Source: Acidobacteriota bacterium (GTDB taxonomy: Bacteria > Acidobacteriota > Vicinamibacteria > Vicinamibacterales > UBA2999). From it: 64,000 bases of DNA. The notes beneath the pieces were generated by a model. That model was not told where the DNA came from, made no database searches, and saw only the letters and a program-made list of their open reading frames with translations. The first letter of the stretch is position 1. The number at the start of each line of letters is the position of its first letter. The position numbers and the translations under genes were made by a program. The stretch is from NCBI GenBank assembly GCA_046732795.1, contig JBKPNV010000013.1:644-64643 (forward strand), written 5' to 3'. Shown piece by piece: positions 19,560 to 27,718 of the stretch.

Positions 19560-22187
19560 ATGCGGCGATTCGTACTTCGTGTGATCAACGCATTCCGGCC
19601 GCAGATGGCCGACGACGATCTCGCGCGAGAGATCAACGCGCATCTCGCGCTGCTCGAAGACGAGTATCGCCGGCGGGGCCTGACCCCCGACGAGGCCAGG
19701 CATGCGGCGCGCCGTGCGATCGGGAGCGTGGCTGTGGCGAAGGATCGCCACCGTGACGCGCGCTCGATCGTCTGGCTGGATGACCTGCAGCGCGATCTGC
19801 GGCACGCCGCGCGGATGCTGGCGCGCGGCCCCGGTCTCACTGCCGTCGCCCTCCTCACGCTCGCCCTGGGCATGGGCGCGACGACGGCGGTATTCAGCGT
19901 GGTGCGAGGCGTGCTGCTGAAGCCGCTGCCGTATCCCGAGCCTGACCGGATCGTGCGCGTGTTTGGGCCGCCGCCGACCATGGCAGGCATCGACGGCCGT
20001 CCCTCGCGGATGGTCGATCTCCGGTCCGAGACGTTCGCAACCTTGCGACAAGCCGACCGCGCGTTCTCGCAGGTGGCGGGATACCTGCCGACCACGCTCA
20101 CGCTGACCGGCCGCGGCGATGCCGTGCGCCTGGTCGGCTCGGCGGTCTCGGCCGCCATGTTTCCGTTGCTCGGCGTTCGTCCTCTGATCGGCCGTCCGTT
20201 CGCCCCGAACGAAGAGGCCGCCGGGGCCGACGGCGTCGTCATGCTCAGCGAGGCGACGTGGCGGCGGTATTTCAACGCTGACGAAGCGCTGCTGGGTCAG
20301 ATCATCGTGCTCGATGGACGCGGCCGGACGGTGGTCGGCGTCATGCCGAGCGGATTCTCAGAGGTCGGGATGCATTTTCCCGATCCGCAGGCGCAGTTCT
20401 GGGTGCCCTATGCGCCACCGCCGGCTGATGCGCGAAATCGGTTGAACGTTGCCGTGATGGCTCGGCTCGCGCCGGGAATATCACTGTCCCAGGCCGCGGA
20501 CGTGGTGAACGCGGTCGTAGGTCAGGCAGGGCAGGGGCGCTACGAGCTGTCGCGCGTGCACGACGAGATCGTCAGGCCGGTCAAGCCCGCGCTGTCGATG
20601 CTCTCGGTGGCCGTGACGCTGGTCTTGCTCATCGCCTGCGTCAACGTCGCCAACCTGCTGCTGGCTCGCGTGGCGACCCGCGAGCGAGAGCTCGCCGTTC
20701 GGCGCGCCGTTGGCGCGGCGCGCGGCCGCTTGATTCGGCAGTTGCTCACCGAGAGCGCCCTGTTGTCCCTTCTCGGTGGCGTCATCGGCACGGCTGTCGC
20801 CTCTGGTGGTGTGGCGCTGCTGCGTGTGCTCGCCAGCAGCCTGAATCGGCGCGATTTGATCCGCGGCGCCAGCCTGCCACGCCTCGACCAGATTGCGATC
20901 GACGGCTCCGTCCTCGCGTTTACGTTCGGAGTCGCGCTCGCCGCCGGCCTGCTGTTCGGGCTCATTCCGGCGATCCAGCAGTCACGCCAGCGCGAGGCGG
21001 ACGTCCTCCGCGCGAAGCATGTGAGTCATCGAATCCGGGGCACTCTCGTCATCGCGGAAATTGCGATGGCCGTCATGTTGCTCGTTGGCGGCGCGCTGTT
21101 GATTCGCAGCTTCCTGAGCCTCGCGAGCGTCGAGCGCGGATACAACCCGACCAACGTGCTGACATTCCAGGCCGCGACGCAGGGGCCATCGCGCGCAGAA
21201 AACATGGCCTTTGCCGATCGTCTCGTCGCGCGATTGGCATCGTTGCCCGGGGTGGCGGCAGTCGGCTATTCGAACAACCTGCCGCTGATTCAGCAGGGGT
21301 TCAGCCGCGATGTGAGCGCTCGTCCCATGGCGCCCGGCGAGCGAGCGCCCCGGCCCTATCCCAGCCTGCACGCGATCAGCCCTGGTTTCGCGGAGGCCAT
21401 CGGGTTGCGCATCGTGCAGGGGCGCACGTTCAGTGCGGGGGAGCCCGCTCGTCGCGAAGCCCTGATCAGCCGAACGTTTGCGAACAGCGGTTTCTTCGAC
21501 GGCCCGGCCCTCGGACGGCAGATCTATCAGGCGGAGCACACGTGGGCAGTCGTGGGCATCGTCGAAGACGTCCGGCAGTTCGACCTCGATCAGCCACCCG
21601 GCTCGGAGATGTTCATCATCGACTTCATCATGGCGCCACCGGGCTTCGGCGGCACGTACTTCGCAGTCAAGACGCAGGAGTCGCCGATGGCGCTCAGCGC
21701 CGACGTTCGGACGATCGTGCGTCAGCTCGATGCCGCTGCGACGGTGGATAACGTCGCGACGATGGAGCAGATCGTGTCGAATGCGGTTTCTGGTCCACGC
21801 CAGTATGCCGTGTTGCTGGGGACGTTCGCAGCAGTCGCGGTGGCGCTTGCGTCGATCGGCATTTACGGAATCCTCTCGTTCATCGTCACGCACCGAACCC
21901 GTGAGATCGGGATCCGCATGGCTCTCGGCGCTCGTCCGGCCGCGGTGGTCTCGCAGGTGGTGCGGCAAACCGCAGTTCAGGTCGTCTTCGGCATTGTGCT
22001 CGGCATCGGCGGCGCGGCACTGCTGTCGCGCTACCTGGAGGGGCTGCTGTTTGGTGTGACACCGCTCGATCCGCTCGCATTCGTGGTGGCTGGAGCTGGC
22101 TTCACGCTGGTGGCGCTCCTGGCGGCGTATCGTCCCGCGCGGCGCGCCACCCAAGTGGATCCGTTAGTGGCGTTGCGGGCGGAGTAA
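19560..22187 (+). CDS. ADOP-type duplicated FtsX/MacB-like permease, paralog 1
   Basis: N-terminal 'MRRFVLRVINAFRP...EINAHLALLEDEYRRRGLTPDEARHAARRAIGS'. Two FtsX modules ('RERELAVRRAVGAARGRL...' and 'RTREIGIRMALGARPAAV...'). Ends '...DPLVALRAE'. Start trimmed to ATG 19560. Confidence 0.85.
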   Translation: MRRFVLRVINAFRPQMADDDLAREINAHLALLEDEYRRRGLTPDEARHAARRAIGSVAVAKDRHRDARSIVWLDDLQRDLRHAARMLARGPGLTAVALLTLALGMGATTAVFSVVRGVLLKPLPYPEPDRIVRVFGPPPTMAGIDGRPSRMVDLRSETFATLRQADRAFSQVAGYLPTTLTLTGRGDAVRLVGSAVSAAMFPLLGVRPLIGRPFAPNEEAAGADGVVMLSEATWRRYFNADEALLGQIIVLDGRGRTVVGVMPSGFSEVGMHFPDPQAQFWVPYAPPPADARNRLNVAVMARLAPGISLSQAADVVNAVVGQAGQGRYELSRVHDEIVRPVKPALSMLSVAVTLVLLIACVNVANLLLARVATRERELAVRRAVGAARGRLIRQLLTESALLSLLGGVIGTAVASGGVALLRVLASSLNRRDLIRGASLPRLDQIAIDGSVLAFTFGVALAAGLLFGLIPAIQQSRQREADVLRAKHVSHRIRGTLVIAEIAMAVMLLVGGALLIRSFLSLASVERGYNPTNVLTFQAATQGPSRAENMAFADRLVARLASLPGVAAVGYSNNLPLIQQGFSRDVSARPMAPGERAPRPYPSLHAISPGFAEAIGLRIVQGRTFSAGEPARREALISRTFANSGFFDGPALGRQIYQAEHTWAVVGIVEDVRQFDLDQPPGSEMFIIDFIMAPPGFGGTYFAVKTQESPMALSADVRTIVRQLDAAATVDNVATMEQIVSNAVSGPRQYAVLLGTFAAVAVALASIGIYGILSFIVTHRTREIGIRMALGARPAAVVSQVVRQTAVQVVFGIVLGIGGAALLSRYLEGLLFGVTPLDPLAFVVAGAGFTLVALLAAYRPARRATQVDPLVALRAE

Positions 22188-22188
22188 G

Positions 22189-22231
22189 GTCCGGCTGAAG
22201 TCCGACACGTAGTGTCCGCCTTCAGGCGGAC
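22189..22231. repeat. Family A REP pair (degenerate inverted copy plus intact copy)
   Basis: GTCCGGCTGAAGTCCGACAC is followed by GTAGTGTCCGCC-TTCA-GGCGGAC (22209..22231). The pair starts 2 nt after the ADOP1 stop. Confidence 0.7.
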
Positions 22232-22244
22232 CGGGGTGAACGGG

Positions 22245-24968
22245 ATGAAACGATTCATTCATCGATTGCACAATGTCATCCGGCGCCGCGGCGCGGAAGA
22301 GGAGATCACTCGCGAGCTTCAGTCGCATCTGGCCTTGCTCGAAGAGGAGCATCGCCGTCGCGGGTTGACGGTCGATGAGGCCCGCGTCGCGGCCCGGCGC
22401 GCGATCGGCAGCGTCGCCCTCGTGAAGGACATGCATCGTGACGCGCGCTCGTTCGGGTGGCTCGAAGACGTCGTCAGTGATGTGAAACACAGCGTGCGAA
22501 GTCTGCGCCGCGCGCCTGACTTCACAACAGTTGCAGTGCTGACGCTCGCACTCGGAATCGGCGCCAACACGGCTATCTTCAGCGTCGTGAACACGGTCTT
22601 ACTGCGGCCGCTGCCGTTCGAGCAGAGCGATCGCCTCGTGCGCGTCGTGATGACAGTCGCGGCGCAAACGACAGGATCGACCGTGAGGCGCGACCCCGTT
22701 CGATTCAGCCAGGCGGAGCTCGATCAGCTCCGAACGAACGTCCGCACCCTGTCGACGGTTGGCGTCGTCGAACCCACACTGATGAACCTGAGAGGGCGCG
22801 ATCCACGGATACAAGGTGCGATCGTGTCGGCGGCGTTCTTCGAGCTGTTGCGTGCGCGACCGCTTCTCGGCCGTGTGTTCACCGCCACGGACGAGGCAGC
22901 TGACGCTCCTCTGGTGATCATTCTCAGCTACGACACATGGCGCCGGCACTTCGGCGGAGACCGGCAGATTGTTGGCCGAACGATCACGTTTGATCCCGTG
23001 CTCGGTCCACGCGTGCCTACCGAGTACACCATCATCGGCGTGATGGCCGAGGGCTTTCAGTTCCCGGACGCCAACACCAGACTCTGGACACCACCGCGAC
23101 TCGCTCCTACGGGCTCGCGCGTTCCTCGCGGATCGATGCTCGCTCGACTCGCGGGCGACGTGTCCTTCGCAGCGGCCGAGGCCGAGATCCTGCCGCGGGT
23201 CCGCCGCATTCGCGAGGGGCTTGCGGACAACGCCGCGGCCAATTACGAGCTCGTGGGTGTTCAGCAGGAGCTCGTGCGGCCGGTCAGACCGGCACTCATT
23301 GTGCTGACTGTGGCCGCCGGATTCGTCCTCCTGCTCGCGTGCGTCAACGTCGCGACACTGGTGCTTGCGCGAAGCGCAGCTCGACAGCGCGAGATCGTCA
23401 TTCGCAGTGCCCTTGGTGCCGACCGCTGGCGATTGATTCGGTATTTCCTGACGGAGAGCGTAACGCTCGGGTCGTTCGGAGGGCTCCTTGGCGTGCTGCT
23501 CGCGTTCGGCGGGGTCCGGATGTTGCGGTCGCTGGCAGCCGCCATGCCGCGCATGGATCTCGGTAGTCAACTGAGCATCCCGCGACTCAACGAGATCGGC
23601 GTAGATGCGACGGTGCTCGTATTCTCGTTTGTGATCTCAATCGCGACCGGGATCGTGTTCGGCCTCCTGCCTGCGCTTCGCTACGCTCGTGGCGACGACG
23701 CAGTGGCCATGCGCGACGGCGAGAGATCGACGGTCATCGGACATCGACTGGGCCGGCACGTGAGCTTGCGCGGCGCTCTGGTCGTCGCCGAAATCGGCCT
23801 GGCAATGGTGCTGCTGGCCGGCGGCGGGTTGCTGATTCGTAGCTTCGTCAAGTTGTCGAACGTCGACGCCGGATACAACGCCTCGAATGTCGTGACGTTC
23901 CAGGTCGCGCTTCCTGCGGACGCGTATCCACCTGCGAGGACGAAGGAGTTCGCCGAGGAACTGGTCGCAAAACTTCAGTCGCTTCCTGGTGTCGAGAGCG
24001 CCGCGTACGGCAATCAGCTCCCGATGGTCGACTTGGTGAACTCGTATCCGCTCGGCCCGCGCCCGAGAGCTCGTCCCGAACCCGGGCGCCCGCCTCAACC
24101 GTCGTCGGAAGGCCGGGCCGACATCCGTCTTGTAAGCCGTGATTACGTCAAGACAATGGGCATACCCGTGCTGGCAGGTCGTGGCTTCGTGGAGAGCGAT
24201 GGCCAGGGCAGTCCACGAGTGCTGTTGATCAACGACGCGCTTGCCAGGCGCGATTTTCCAAATCGCAGTCCGATTGGCGAGACAGTCTTCATCAACTATT
24301 TTCCGCAGCCGTGGCAGATCGTTGGCGTTATCGCCGACGTCCGTCAGTTCGGCCTTGCCATCGAGCCGCAGCCGCAGTTCTTCGTGGATATCCGGCAGTG
24401 GACGGATGTCGAAGCGCTCGTCTTTCCCGCTGGCGCGTACTACGCGGTTCGCACGACTGGTGACGCTCAATCGATTGTTCCTGGTGTCCGTGACATTGTG
24501 GCGCGGATGGATGAGCAGGCCGCCGTCTTCTACGTGGCGTCGATGGATCAAGTTGTCGCCAGCACGATGTCACGCCCGCGCCTTTACGCCACACTGCTCG
24601 GCATCTTCGCGATGGTCGGCCTTGGTCTGGCCGTCATCGGCATCTATGGCGTGGTGAACTATTCGGTCGCGCAACGGACACGCGAAATCGGCATTCGCGT
24701 GGCGCTTGGGGCGCGGCGTTCACAGGTGATCGTGCTCGTGATGAAGCAGAGCGCGCTGCTCACGGCAATTGGCATCGTGGGCGGTCTCGCTGGCGCCGCG
24801 ATGCTGTCGCGTTATCTCGAAGGCTTGTTGTTCGGCGTGACGCCGCTCGATCCGGCAACGTTCGCCGCGGCGGCGGCCCTCTTCACGTTGGTAGCGCTCG
24901 CGGCAGCGTACGGTCCGACGCGCAGAGCGACGGGTGTCGATCCCTTGATAGCGTTGCGAACAGAGTAG
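22245..24968 (+). CDS. ADOP-type duplicated FtsX/MacB-like permease, paralog 2
   Basis: 'MKRFIHRLHNVIRRRGAEEEITRELQSHLALLEEEHRRRGL...'. Two FtsX modules ('RQREIVIRSALGADRWRL', 'RTREIGIRVALGARRSQV'). Start trimmed to ATG 22245. Confidence 0.85.
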   Translation: MKRFIHRLHNVIRRRGAEEEITRELQSHLALLEEEHRRRGLTVDEARVAARRAIGSVALVKDMHRDARSFGWLEDVVSDVKHSVRSLRRAPDFTTVAVLTLALGIGANTAIFSVVNTVLLRPLPFEQSDRLVRVVMTVAAQTTGSTVRRDPVRFSQAELDQLRTNVRTLSTVGVVEPTLMNLRGRDPRIQGAIVSAAFFELLRARPLLGRVFTATDEAADAPLVIILSYDTWRRHFGGDRQIVGRTITFDPVLGPRVPTEYTIIGVMAEGFQFPDANTRLWTPPRLAPTGSRVPRGSMLARLAGDVSFAAAEAEILPRVRRIREGLADNAAANYELVGVQQELVRPVRPALIVLTVAAGFVLLLACVNVATLVLARSAARQREIVIRSALGADRWRLIRYFLTESVTLGSFGGLLGVLLAFGGVRMLRSLAAAMPRMDLGSQLSIPRLNEIGVDATVLVFSFVISIATGIVFGLLPALRYARGDDAVAMRDGERSTVIGHRLGRHVSLRGALVVAEIGLAMVLLAGGGLLIRSFVKLSNVDAGYNASNVVTFQVALPADAYPPARTKEFAEELVAKLQSLPGVESAAYGNQLPMVDLVNSYPLGPRPRARPEPGRPPQPSSEGRADIRLVSRDYVKTMGIPVLAGRGFVESDGQGSPRVLLINDALARRDFPNRSPIGETVFINYFPQPWQIVGVIADVRQFGLAIEPQPQFFVDIRQWTDVEALVFPAGAYYAVRTTGDAQSIVPGVRDIVARMDEQAAVFYVASMDQVVASTMSRPRLYATLLGIFAMVGLGLAVIGIYGVVNYSVAQRTREIGIRVALGARRSQVIVLVMKQSALLTAIGIVGGLAGAAMLSRYLEGLLFGVTPLDPATFAAAAALFTLVALAAAYGPTRRATGVDPLIALRTE

Positions 24969-24994
24969 CGGCGGGTCTCGAGGCCCGCCGCTAC
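24965..24994. repeat. Perfect 11-bp-stem hairpin GTAGCGGCGGG-TCTCGAGG-CCCGCCGCTAC (family B-like)
   Basis: Palindrome read directly from the sequence. The TAG stop of ADOP2 (24966..24968) lies inside the left arm, and the next ADOP starts 9 nt after the right arm. Confidence 0.75.
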
Positions 24995-25002
24995 GGAATC
25001 GA

Positions 25003-27651
25003 ATGAGACGATTCATTCTTCGATTGCTCAACGTCTTTCGTTCTCGCGATGCCGACGCGGAGTTGACTCGCGAGGTTGCATCCCATCTCGCGCTGCTCGA
25101 GGACGAATACGTCCGCCGCGGCTTGAGCGCCAAGGAAGCCCGCCTGACCGCACGGCGGACGATCGGCAGCGTGGCACTCGCGAACGAGCTGCACCGCGAC
25201 GCGCGTTCGTTCGTCTGGCTCGAAGATCTCCGGCGCGATCTGAAGCATGGGTTGCGGGCGCTCGTTCGTGCGCCGGCGTTCACGGCTTCGGTCGTCGTCA
25301 CACTCGCCCTCGGGATTGGTGCAAACACGGCAATCTTCAGCGTGCTCGACGCCGTCCTGCTGCGGCGCCTCCCGTACCCGGATGCCGATCGTCTTGTTTA
25401 TCTGTTCGAGGAGTTTCCTGCGGCTGACGGTACTGGCACCCCCAACCGTCGTCCGGCGATGGACGTGCAGTCGATCGCCGAGTTCCGCTCGCAAATCCGA
25501 ACGCTGTCGGCCGTCGCCGTGCAGGAGTCGACGACGATGACGTTGGCGACGAGCGGCGAGACAGTGCGACTGACAGGCAGCAAGGTGTTGCCGGCGTTCT
25601 TCTCGTTGCTCGGTGCGCATGCCATGCTCGGACGTGTCCTCGAGCCGCGCGACGAGATGGCGGGCGCCGATGCCGTCGTGCTGCTCAGTCACGAGACATG
25701 GCAACGCCAGTTCGCCGGATCGCCAGAGATCGTCGGACAGCCGGTGGCCTTCGATGGCCGGAACTACTCGGTGGTCGGTGTGATGCCGCAAGACTTTCGT
25801 TTCTTTCCGAACCCTGAGGCGGAGTTCTGGACGCCGTTCGTGCTTGCGACGACGGACGTCCTGATGATCCCGGTGGCGGCGAGATTAAACGACGGTGTGT
25901 CGATCGACGCCGCGCTCGCCGAGATGACGACCGTCCTCAGACAGCTGCGAGGCTCGCCCGAGCCCACTCGGTTTTCAATCGTGCGAGTGCAGGAGCAGAT
26001 GGTGGCGCCGGTGAGAACGGCGCTGCTGGTGCTCGCGTGTGCGGCCGCGTTCGTGTTGCTCATCGCGTGCGTGAACGTCGCCAATCTGATCCTGGCGCGA
26101 CTGTCGATTCGCGGGCGGGAAATCGCGATCCGTCGCGCGCTCGGCGCGGGCTCTGGCAGAATCGCCCGCCTGTTTCTTGCCGAGACCCTCGTACTGACGA
26201 TGGCGGGCGGCGTCCTGGGCGTCGGGCTCGCGGGTGGCGGTGTGCGGCTGCTGCGAGTGCTCGGCACGAGTCTGTCTCGACCAGAGTTAGGCTCGGATGT
26301 GACCATCCCCCGGTTGGGCGAGGTCGGCGTCGACGCGGCGGCGTTGTTCTTTGCGTGTGCCGTCTCGTTCATCGCTGCGGTGCTCTTCGGGTTGACGCCG
26401 ATCTGTGGACGACGCCAGTGCGTTGCGGCCGACACGCTTCGTGGCGCGCCCGCACTTTCAGGGTTTGCCGTGCAACGCCGTCATCGCGGCCGCGGTCTTC
26501 TGGTCGTGTGCGAGATCGCGCTGGCGATGATGCTCCTGGTCGGCGCCACGCTGCTGATGAGGAGTTTCGTCAAGCTCGCGAACGTGGACCCTGGCTACGA
26601 CCCGATCGGTGTGGTGACCTTTCAGGTCACGACCCCCGATGGCCGCGACATGGCCATGTTCGCGGAAGCTCTCAGCGCGAGATTGCGGTCTCTACCTGGT
26701 GTGCTCGCTGCCGGCTATTCATCTCACAGTCTGATGACACGAGGACATGGAAGGTTTCCACTGCGATCGGCGCCCAGCAGAGAGCGCCCAGGCCCGAACG
26801 AGCCCACCGCCGATCCAGTCTATGTCAGCCGGGACTATCTCGCGGCCATGGGTGTAGCGGTACGGTCGGGTCGCGGATTCGAGGATTCCGATCGTCTCGG
26901 GAGTCCGCAAGTGATGCTCGTGAACCGCAGTCTCGTGCGCAGCGGCATGGTGGGCGCCAATCCGATCGGTGCGCGCGTCTACGGGTTGTTTCGCGATCCA
27001 TGGGAGATCGTCGGTGTGGTGGACGACGTCCGGGCGGAAGCCCTCGACGTGGAGCCCCATCCGCAGTTCTTCGTCGATCTCCGGCAGGTGCCCGGGTTTC
27101 CGTTCGCGGACTTCAGGCCGCAATTTGCCGTTCGAACTGCTGGTGACACGACGGCGGTTCTCGCGAACCTTCGCGACGTCGTTCGCCAGGTCGAGTCACG
27201 CGCCAGCGTCGACAACGTGGCCACGGTTGATCAGATCGTCTGGAACTCGATTGCCCGTCCGAGGTTCTACGCCGTCCTGATGGCGCTGTTTGCGATGGTG
27301 TCCGTGACGTTGGCGGCCGCCGGTATATTCGGGCTGATGGCGTACCTGGTCGCGCAGCGCACACGCGAAATCAGCATTCGTATGGCGCTGGGCGCGCACC
27401 GCTTCGAGGTGATGACCGGCGTGCTCGGCCAGAGTGCGGTTCTGATTGCGATTGGCCTCGGCATCGGTCTTGGAGCCGCTGCCGGCCTGGCCCGTTATCT
27501 TGCCGGGATGCTGTTCGGGCTGACGCCGCTCGATCCGGCGACGTTCGCCGCAGCGTCGCTGATGCTCGTCGTGGTTGCCCTGATCGCGGCCTTCGTTCCG
27601 GCGCGGCGCGCCACCACGGTCGACCCATTGGTGGCATTGCGAACCGAATGA
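25003..27651 (+). CDS. ADOP-type duplicated FtsX/MacB-like permease, paralog 3
   Basis: 'MRRFILRLLNVFRSRDADAELTREVASHLALLEDEYVRRGL...'. Two FtsX modules ('RGREIAIRRALGAGSGRI', 'RTREISIRMALGAHRFEV'). Ends 'DPLVALRTE'. Confidence 0.85.
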   Translation: MRRFILRLLNVFRSRDADAELTREVASHLALLEDEYVRRGLSAKEARLTARRTIGSVALANELHRDARSFVWLEDLRRDLKHGLRALVRAPAFTASVVVTLALGIGANTAIFSVLDAVLLRRLPYPDADRLVYLFEEFPAADGTGTPNRRPAMDVQSIAEFRSQIRTLSAVAVQESTTMTLATSGETVRLTGSKVLPAFFSLLGAHAMLGRVLEPRDEMAGADAVVLLSHETWQRQFAGSPEIVGQPVAFDGRNYSVVGVMPQDFRFFPNPEAEFWTPFVLATTDVLMIPVAARLNDGVSIDAALAEMTTVLRQLRGSPEPTRFSIVRVQEQMVAPVRTALLVLACAAAFVLLIACVNVANLILARLSIRGREIAIRRALGAGSGRIARLFLAETLVLTMAGGVLGVGLAGGGVRLLRVLGTSLSRPELGSDVTIPRLGEVGVDAAALFFACAVSFIAAVLFGLTPICGRRQCVAADTLRGAPALSGFAVQRRHRGRGLLVVCEIALAMMLLVGATLLMRSFVKLANVDPGYDPIGVVTFQVTTPDGRDMAMFAEALSARLRSLPGVLAAGYSSHSLMTRGHGRFPLRSAPSRERPGPNEPTADPVYVSRDYLAAMGVAVRSGRGFEDSDRLGSPQVMLVNRSLVRSGMVGANPIGARVYGLFRDPWEIVGVVDDVRAEALDVEPHPQFFVDLRQVPGFPFADFRPQFAVRTAGDTTAVLANLRDVVRQVESRASVDNVATVDQIVWNSIARPRFYAVLMALFAMVSVTLAAAGIFGLMAYLVAQRTREISIRMALGAHRFEVMTGVLGQSAVLIAIGLGIGLGAAAGLARYLAGMLFGLTPLDPATFAAASLMLVVVALIAAFVPARRATTVDPLVALRTE

Positions 27652-27652
27652 A

Positions 27653-27706
27653 GTCCCGCTCGAGCCGGACACTACGGCGTACGGTAGTGTCCCCCTTCAG
27701 GCGGAC
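27653..27706. repeat. Family A REP pair in inverted orientation (BIME-like)
   Basis: GTCCCGCTCGAGCCGGACACTAC (27653..27675, reverse orientation) and GTAGTGTCCCCCTTCAGGCGGAC (27684..27706). The pair starts 2 nt after the ADOP3 stop. Confidence 0.7.
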
Positions 27707-27718
27707 CGTGGTGACGGC

